Shown: positions 58,435-64,000 of the stretch, one piece after another | How the letters are laid out: each line of letters opens with the position of its first letter | Position numbering within the stretch: the stretch's first letter is position 1 | From: a virus | Lineage: Duplodnaviria; Caudoviricetes | Direction: 5' to 3' (one strand) | Virus record (IMG/VR): IMGVR_UViG_3300013121_000047 | Location: 32,001-96,000 of that record | Length of the DNA stretch: 64,000 nucleotides | Translations under genes and position numbers: made by a program | The notes under the pieces: model-generated | Databases searched by the model: none | Told to the model about the DNA's origin: nothing | What the model saw: the letters and a program-made list of their open reading frames with translations, nothing else

Positions 58435-60033
58435 TTATTCACCAAAAATTTTCGCTGACTTTGCATCTTCAGGTTTTATTGTTTCAATTTTATTTTTCAT
58501 TTCTATTATTTTAGCTTGTGTCTGAACAGCACCAACTGCACTTGTGCCGATAGCATTCAATGATGCTATTGGAGCAAATGGGACCGCAAAACTTGTTTTA
58601 AATGCGGTGTCGTACAAAGTTGCCATTTGATTAACATGATCTGCCAAAGCATTAAATTGAGCTTTTAACTCATCTATGTGTTTTTTATATATACTCCATT
58701 TTATATAAGGTTCCACTTCTTGGGTTGCTTTCCCGAAAAAAATACGAGAACCTTCTATTTGGATTTTACCTTCTTTGTTTAAGAAAATAAATGATAAATC
58801 TCTATCGGGCTGCCCTTCTTTGATAAGTAATAATGAACCATCAACCCCTGGGTTTTCTGATTTTCTTGCAATAAATCTTAAATGGTCACTTTTTTGGACA
58901 ATATAAGCATTACCATAATAGTTTGATACAATATTTGGCTGTTCTACTTTTAATGTATTTGTTGGATATCGAATTCCTCCAACTACTGAAGAATCAAGTT
59001 TAAAGTAAAAATCTGCTTTTGAATTCATTGAAATATAAAGATGAGAAGCGTCTTTATCGAAATCTATTTTTCCTTCATTTGAATTTTGCTCTCTATTTCT
59101 CTGAAACTCAACCTTATCTGTTTCAAATTTATTAAATTTGTTTTTAACAACTAGTGCTGATGTTTTTTTGGCATCGTTTATTGTGTTATCTGTTTCGCTT
59201 AAAAAATTACGACCCCTACCTGCAACCAACGAAATTGCACCCGCGTAATTCGTCTCAGAAAACTGAGGGCCTTTTGTTAGCGAGTTTGTATTTTTTTCCC
59301 AATAGTCATCACTTAAAAGAATTAAAGTATTATGGGAACCTTGAATAACAAAGTCTTTAGGGCGTTTAAAAAAACGAGGAACTGGTTCATATGTTTGAAA
59401 CTTTGCAGAAATTGACGAATCCCGTATTGTTTTAAATGGATTTTCGTTAGGTGTTCTTGGCTGCAAAGTATAGCGACCTTGCAATCCAGCTCCATTAGGA
59501 AATGCGGGTTGTGTGTCCACCGAAGCGTTACCAGATTCTCTTTTAAATTGTTCAAATCCTTCTTTTGTATTTTTTATATCAAAGGTTCTATCTGAATGAG
59601 TAAAATTCAAATCTTCTACTGCTATATTTTCGTGGGGTCTTGTTAGCCATCTTCCTAAACTTGAACCAAGATATGAATAATCTTCATATATCAAAAATAT
59701 AGATTCGCCAGCTTGAAGTGGAAATTGTATATGACTAGAAAAAAAAGGATAAACAATAACTGATGTTGAGTCAACCATATCTTGTCCATTATTGACTATT
59801 CTTGCCATTACAGACATTGCAGGCATTAAGTCAACAAATTGTTGATTTGCAACACTGGCCTTTATTGCTGTTTTTTCTTGTATAGTTAAAATTCGTGGGT
59901 CAGCAAAAATTTCTTGCACAACTGCTTTAAAAACAACTGGTGGGGCTCCATTTCTAAGCTGTCCAATAAGAGGGCGTCCTGCTTCTCCAACTCCACCAAC
60001 AGTTAGTCTTGAAACGTTAATATTATTAATCAT
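58435..60033 (-). CDS. Baseplate hub/central spike gp5-like protein
   Basis: OB-fold-like YPFFSSHIQFPLQAGESI, DFVIQGSHNTLI, gene position. Confidence 0.55.
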   Translation of the reverse strand: MINNINVSRLTVGGVGEAGRPLIGQLRNGAPPVVFKAVVQEIFADPRILTIQEKTAIKASVANQQFVDLMPAMSVMARIVNNGQDMVDSTSVIVYPFFSSHIQFPLQAGESIFLIYEDYSYLGSSLGRWLTRPHENIAVEDLNFTHSDRTFDIKNTKEGFEQFKRESGNASVDTQPAFPNGAGLQGRYTLQPRTPNENPFKTIRDSSISAKFQTYEPVPRFFKRPKDFVIQGSHNTLILLSDDYWEKNTNSLTKGPQFSETNYAGAISLVAGRGRNFLSETDNTINDAKKTSALVVKNKFNKFETDKVEFQRNREQNSNEGKIDFDKDASHLYISMNSKADFYFKLDSSVVGGIRYPTNTLKVEQPNIVSNYYGNAYIVQKSDHLRFIARKSENPGVDGSLLLIKEGQPDRDLSFIFLNKEGKIQIEGSRIFFGKATQEVEPYIKWSIYKKHIDELKAQFNALADHVNQMATLYDTAFKTSFAVPFAPIASLNAIGTSAVGAVQTQAKIIEMKNKIETIKPEDAKSAKIFGE

Positions 60034-60533
60034 TTTTTCTTTTTAAGTGTGGATTCAGAATTTTTTTTAGGATCAAAAAAATTATTTATCATATTTTCGT
60101 TATCTGTTTTTTCTTTTTCTTCTCTTGCTTTATCTACAAGTTCTGCTAGTTTCAATAACTGCTGATTTGATTTCGTCATAATATCCATATATTTATGCAA
60201 AGTTTGTCCGTGCTGAAAATGCTTATCTTCGTTGTTATATGTTTTTACATACAAATCTAACCAAAGAGCAAATGCATTTTTTCTATCGGTCATTGCATTT
60301 GAATAAATTAAACGCCAAAGGCTAGCTAATCTAGGGTCTAATTCTAAATCAGTTAACAATAGTGTAAAATCTTGCAAACCAGATTTAACTTGAATTTTTA
60401 CATCTTCTGAAAGTTCATCTTCAATATTTGACAAAAAATTTTTTGCTTGAGAAATTTTTTCATTTTCGGAAAATTCTTTTTCTTCGATATCGATTTCCTC
60501 TTCGTTCTGAAATAAAATATCAGTTTCTTTCAT
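60030..60533 (-). CDS. Hypothetical helical protein
   Basis: 167 aa, coupled to neighbours. Confidence 0.7.
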   Translation of the reverse strand: MKETDILFQNEEEIDIEEKEFSENEKISQAKNFLSNIEDELSEDVKIQVKSGLQDFTLLLTDLELDPRLASLWRLIYSNAMTDRKNAFALWLDLYVKTYNNEDKHFQHGQTLHKYMDIMTKSNQQLLKLAELVDKAREEKEKTDNENMINNFFDPKKNSESTLKKKK

Positions 60534-61264
60534 TATATATTTTCAACTTCCCTTTTTGTTTGTTTGTAAACTTTTTTAAGAGTTGAAAGTGTTGTCGATA
60601 ATTGTTTATTATTCATAAGAGTTGCATCTCTTAATAATGAAAGTGCAGTCTTTTTTGTTAAATCATCATACGAATTTATATTTGATATAATCTGTTCAAT
60701 ACTAGCAAGTACAAGTTTTTCATTTTCAGAAGTTGTTTTTCGCTGCATTTCAGCTATTATTTCTTTAATTTCTTGATATTTTTCATTTTGAATCATTGTA
60801 TCTTCTGAAGATGGATCAATTTTGTAATTTTCAATTGTTTCAATTTCATGATTCGTAAATGCTTCTGAATCTTCTAAAGAAATTAAGGAATGTGCATGTT
60901 TTGTTGCCTGCTTTGCTTCTACTATTAAATAATGTTTGGCAACGACGTTATAGTACGAAAATGCTTTAGATCCCTTAGTTTCATCAAACTTTGATATTAT
61001 TTGAAATAATTGGGCAACACATCTATCTCTAAGCTCTTCTTTTGTTTCATAGTTGGTTTTATAATTGTATACATTTATAAGATTTTCAACTAATTTTTTA
61101 AATGGTTCGTAAATTTTATCAACAAAAATTTCATGCTTTTTTTCTATGTTTTCTTCATATTTGAATTGAATCGCAGCTTCTTCGGTTTCTTTTGTAAAAT
61201 AATTGGCACTTGGACCAGAACCAGGTTTTCTTTTTATTATCTTTTTTCCGCGTTTGTTATTCAT
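60533..61264 (-). CDS. Late-transcription sigma factor, T4 gp55-like
   Basis: NYFTKETE, KFDETKGSKAFSYYNVVAKHYL (sigma region 2-like). Confidence 0.75.
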   Translation of the reverse strand: MNNKRGKKIIKRKPGSGPSANYFTKETEEAAIQFKYEENIEKKHEIFVDKIYEPFKKLVENLINVYNYKTNYETKEELRDRCVAQLFQIISKFDETKGSKAFSYYNVVAKHYLIVEAKQATKHAHSLISLEDSEAFTNHEIETIENYKIDPSSEDTMIQNEKYQEIKEIIAEMQRKTTSENEKLVLASIEQIISNINSYDDLTKKTALSLLRDATLMNNKQLSTTLSTLKKVYKQTKREVENI

Positions 61265-61272
61265 TTTTATTT

Positions 61273-61635
61273 TTAACCAATATCTTCCGTAACCTTTGGA
61301 CTACCTTTTATTTTTATTTCGACTGTGGTGTTTATGTTAGAGTTAACCTCTTCTAGAAGTTGAATTACTCTTAATGTTGAATCCCTTGCTTCTTTTATGT
61401 TTTGAATAAATAGATTAAACCGTTCTCCTGCTTCTGGTGTAACAACGAAATATTCATTGTTTAAAATAGCAGTAGCTGCTGAAATACTTTTACTATTTAA
61501 CTCGATAAGTTCTGGAAAGGTATCTTCAAATAAAAAAATTATTCGAGCCATTGTTATAGACTTTTTCCAAAGAAAAAATAAACCAGAACAGAAAAGTAAA
61601 TTACAAATTACGCTAGCAATTAAAAAAAAGAGCAT
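61273..61635 (-). CDS. Membrane-anchored hypothetical protein
   Basis: Hydrophobic N-terminal segment followed by a helical domain. Confidence 0.6.
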   Translation of the reverse strand: MLFFLIASVICNLLFCSGLFFLWKKSITMARIIFLFEDTFPELIELNSKSISAATAILNNEYFVVTPEAGERFNLFIQNIKEARDSTLRVIQLLEEVNSNINTTVEIKIKGSPKVTEDIG

Positions 61636-61640
61636 AAAAA

Positions 61641-62831
61641 TTATGATAAAAATAATTTATCGTAATGTTTTTTAATAGCTGAAAAAGAATATTTTTCTTT
61701 TATAATTGGTTGTAATTCTTTTGCCCACTGTTTTGGCATTTTACTATCTTGATAAAACTTTTGCATTCTGTATTTAACATCTTTTTCGATTGGGTTTGCC
61801 CATTGTGCCCCTTTCATAAAAATATTAGAATCTAATCTGGATTCATGAACGTCCGCTAGTTCATATTCGAATTTTATCCATTTTCCTAAATTTAAAAATT
61901 CAGTATGAGCAGACCAATTTGTAGCTAAAACAGGCAACCCAGCTGCTGCGGCATTTACCCCAGGAATAAAAAAACCTTCTGCGTGTGTTGGCGCAAGTAA
62001 TCCTTTAATTTTTTCATGATTAAAAAGTGAATAAATTTCTTCACTTGAAAGATTACCATGAACAATTGTTATCCTGGGATCTGTTTCAGAATTATATCCA
62101 AGTTCAAGGAGATATTGTTGAAAAGTTAATGCAGTAATACGTTTATCAATATGATTTGCACGAGCATAACCAGTTTTTAACACTAATCCAATGTTTGGAT
62201 TTCCCTTAAATTCTTCAATAAACCATTTTAAAGCAAATGGTATATTTTTTCTGTCATTAAAAGGATTGTTTCCTGTGACTTGTCCAAACATCAAAAAATT
62301 AAAATCAGCTTCAAGGTTAATTTCAATTGGCCTTACCTCTTTTTCAACTTCAAAAACTGGATCAAAGGATTCTGGAATTACTAAAATATCAGTAATCAGT
62401 TTAATTCCTGTTATTTCTGATGTTTTTAAGAATGTATCTCTTGTAAATTCTGATGGAACAACAACTTTTGACATACAGTTTATGGCACGAATCCAATCGG
62501 GGTTACAAATCGTGGTCTCAACACCAGCGGTAACTCCAATGTTTGTTTTTGCTTTTGATGCATCCCACTCATTTGGAAGTTGAACCTGGACAGATAAATC
62601 AAAAATAGATTTATTATCTTTTTCCGAAACCATGGATTGATAAATCCATCCGATTAATCCATCTTCTTGAGCAGTATCTACAATCGAATAACATTCTCCC
62701 CAAGGAGTCAATTCAAATCTTATATCAAATTTGTCTTGGTTTTCATAAAACCATTTCGCTATTTGTCTGGCGTGAACGCCATAACCCGAAGCAATTGTAA
62801 ATGGACCTCTTAAAAGAACTTTTTTTTTCAT
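61641..62831 (-). CDS. GT-B (GT4-like) glycosyltransferase
   Basis: SGYGVHAR, VVVPSEF, RKNI, HAEGF...GLPVLATNWSAH. Confidence 0.9.
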   Translation of the reverse strand: MKKKVLLRGPFTIASGYGVHARQIAKWFYENQDKFDIRFELTPWGECYSIVDTAQEDGLIGWIYQSMVSEKDNKSIFDLSVQVQLPNEWDASKAKTNIGVTAGVETTICNPDWIRAINCMSKVVVPSEFTRDTFLKTSEITGIKLITDILVIPESFDPVFEVEKEVRPIEINLEADFNFLMFGQVTGNNPFNDRKNIPFALKWFIEEFKGNPNIGLVLKTGYARANHIDKRITALTFQQYLLELGYNSETDPRITIVHGNLSSEEIYSLFNHEKIKGLLAPTHAEGFFIPGVNAAAAGLPVLATNWSAHTEFLNLGKWIKFEYELADVHESRLDSNIFMKGAQWANPIEKDVKYRMQKFYQDSKMPKQWAKELQPIIKEKYSFSAIKKHYDKLFLS

Positions 62832-64000
62832 TTTTTCACCTTTGGTTTATTCATTTGAACTCTTTCGAGTGTTTTCTTTGGAGAGTTAAATTGTATCAAT
62901 CCCCAATTTTTTTCTCGAATATCTTCTCTCCAATTTGTTATGGTTTGTTCTAAGCACTCTATCCATTTATTCATAACAACTTCATAATTGAATTGTTTTT
63001 CCGTATGAGCAAGTGCACGTTGTTTAATTGTTTCTTTTTCTTCTGGTGTGAATTTATAAACTTTATATAAACCTTCTGCCATCTCCTTTTTTGAAAAATG
63101 GTCATCGTAAATATATGGTGTGGCTTGCGAACCAACAAGATATCTTTCAACAGGTTCCAAAGCAACACCGTGTTCATTTCCAAATTCATCAATTATTTGA
63201 TCTGTCATTCCACCAGTTTTTAATGCCACTACTGGTTTGCCGATAGTCAACATTGTTCTAATTGTAAGAGAGAATCCTTCAGCTCTTGATACGTTTACTA
63301 ACGTATCGGCAACATTATAAAGTCGATTCATATCTGGAATATCTATTTGTCCAACAGAAAACATTACTCTATCTGATATTTTCAACATTTCCGCAACAGC
63401 TTCAAGATCAGGTCCTTCTGGATCTTTTGGATTTGTATGCATAACTAAAACAGCATTTCGGTGCCCTTCTTTTTCTTGTAATAAATCAAGAAAAAGTTTA
63501 AAACCATGCAAAACATCGGCTGGCATTTTTCTATGAGCATTTCTATTAACCCATAATGTAACAAACCAATCTTTTCTTTCTTTAAGGGCTTCTGCTTTCA
63601 TAGCGGCAATTTCTTCTTTTGGCAATTCATAATACCAATTTTTGGGGAAAACATGCGGCAGGTAATTTACCTTCGCTGGGAATTTATCTTTTAATAAATT
63701 ATATGTTTTCATTGAAATGCAGTTAATAACTTCCGTACTTTCATAAAAGGCGGAGTTGTACTCAGGATATGGATCATTGTCCCAAACATGCCAATACACA
63801 ATTGGACAAATTTGATTTATCTCATCTTCCATTTGCCAAACCCAAATGAATTGTCTAGGGTCGGTAAATAAGACTAAAACATCTGGCCGTTCCGTGATTA
63901 AAAGTTGTCGTAAAAGATTTGGCGTCCCAAATCCATCAACAGGTTTAACAACGATGTCTGGGTGCAATGTTTGTACGTCATAGTTTGGATGTTTCATAGC
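62828..64000 (-). CDS. GT-B (GT4-like) glycosyltransferase, probably 5'-truncated by the window edge
   Basis: TDPR, NRNAHRK, YNVAD, SRAEGF...GKPVV; frame open to the window end. Confidence 0.9.
   Translation of the reverse strand, partial: AMKHPNYDVQTLHPDIVVKPVDGFGTPNLLRQLLITERPDVLVLFTDPRQFIWVWQMEDEINQICPIVYWHVWDNDPYPEYNSAFYESTEVINCISMKTYNLLKDKFPAKVNYLPHVFPKNWYYELPKEEIAAMKAEALKERKDWFVTLWVNRNAHRKMPADVLHGFKLFLDLLQEKEGHRNAVLVMHTNPKDPEGPDLEAVAEMLKISDRVMFSVGQIDIPDMNRLYNVADTLVNVSRAEGFSLTIRTMLTIGKPVVALKTGGMTDQIIDEFGNEHGVALEPVERYLVGSQATPYIYDDHFSKKEMAEGLYKVYKFTPEEKETIKQRALAHTEKQFNYEVVMNKWIECLEQTITNWREDIREKNWGLIQFNSPKKTLERVQMNKPKVKK

Noticed and set aside
33720-60033. Tail sheath, tube or tape-measure assignments for the large ORFs
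   Set aside because: No diagnostic motifs recognised; these genes probably lie outside the window
531-63192. Many short antisense or nested alternative-frame ORFs in the track (e.g. 4470, 8390, 11651, 20965, 56185, 62191)
   Set aside because: All lie within well-supported genes and show no motifs
1-64000. Stop-codon reassignment
   Set aside because: Long conserved genes are intact in the standard code and coding density is high
1-64000. tRNA, rRNA, CRISPR array, DGR template repeats
   Set aside because: Intergenic gaps are mostly under 100 nt and no such structures or reverse transcriptase were seen; a covariance-model scan was not possible

Overview
AT-rich (visibly under about 30% GC), gene-dense segment of a large myovirus-type tailed phage (jumbo-phage-like, T4-type head module), read with the standard genetic code. 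From left to right: (i) an array of small, highly diverged paralogous ORFs plus small enzyme genes (papain-like C-H-D protein, DHH-like protein, minimal kinase, degenerate Hint-like protein); (ii) the head module: gp23-like major capsid, scaffold, gp21-like protease, gp20-like portal; (iii) an opposite-strand block with a DsbA/GapR-like protein and a GroEL chaperonin whose GDGTTT ATP-binding motif is interrupted by a class 3 LAGLIDADG intein that is itself broken by a -1 frameshift; (iv) a Dps-like protein, three tandem paralogs, a full terminase large subunit and an adjacent ATPase-only terminase paralog; (v) a fused Mre11-Rad50 (SbcD-SbcC), a primase-like protein, a RuvC-like and a TnsA/gp4-like nuclease; (vi) a ~26 kb baseplate/tail module (LamG, FN3-like, gp6, gp25, gp5-like) whose proteins are rich in (S/T)-(G/A/S)-S tripeptides; (vii) a gp55-like late sigma factor and two GT4 glycosyltransferases that both lack the second Glu of the E-x7-E motif. 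No tRNA, rRNA or CRISPR array was recognised. All family calls are from motif recognition by eye; no database search was run.
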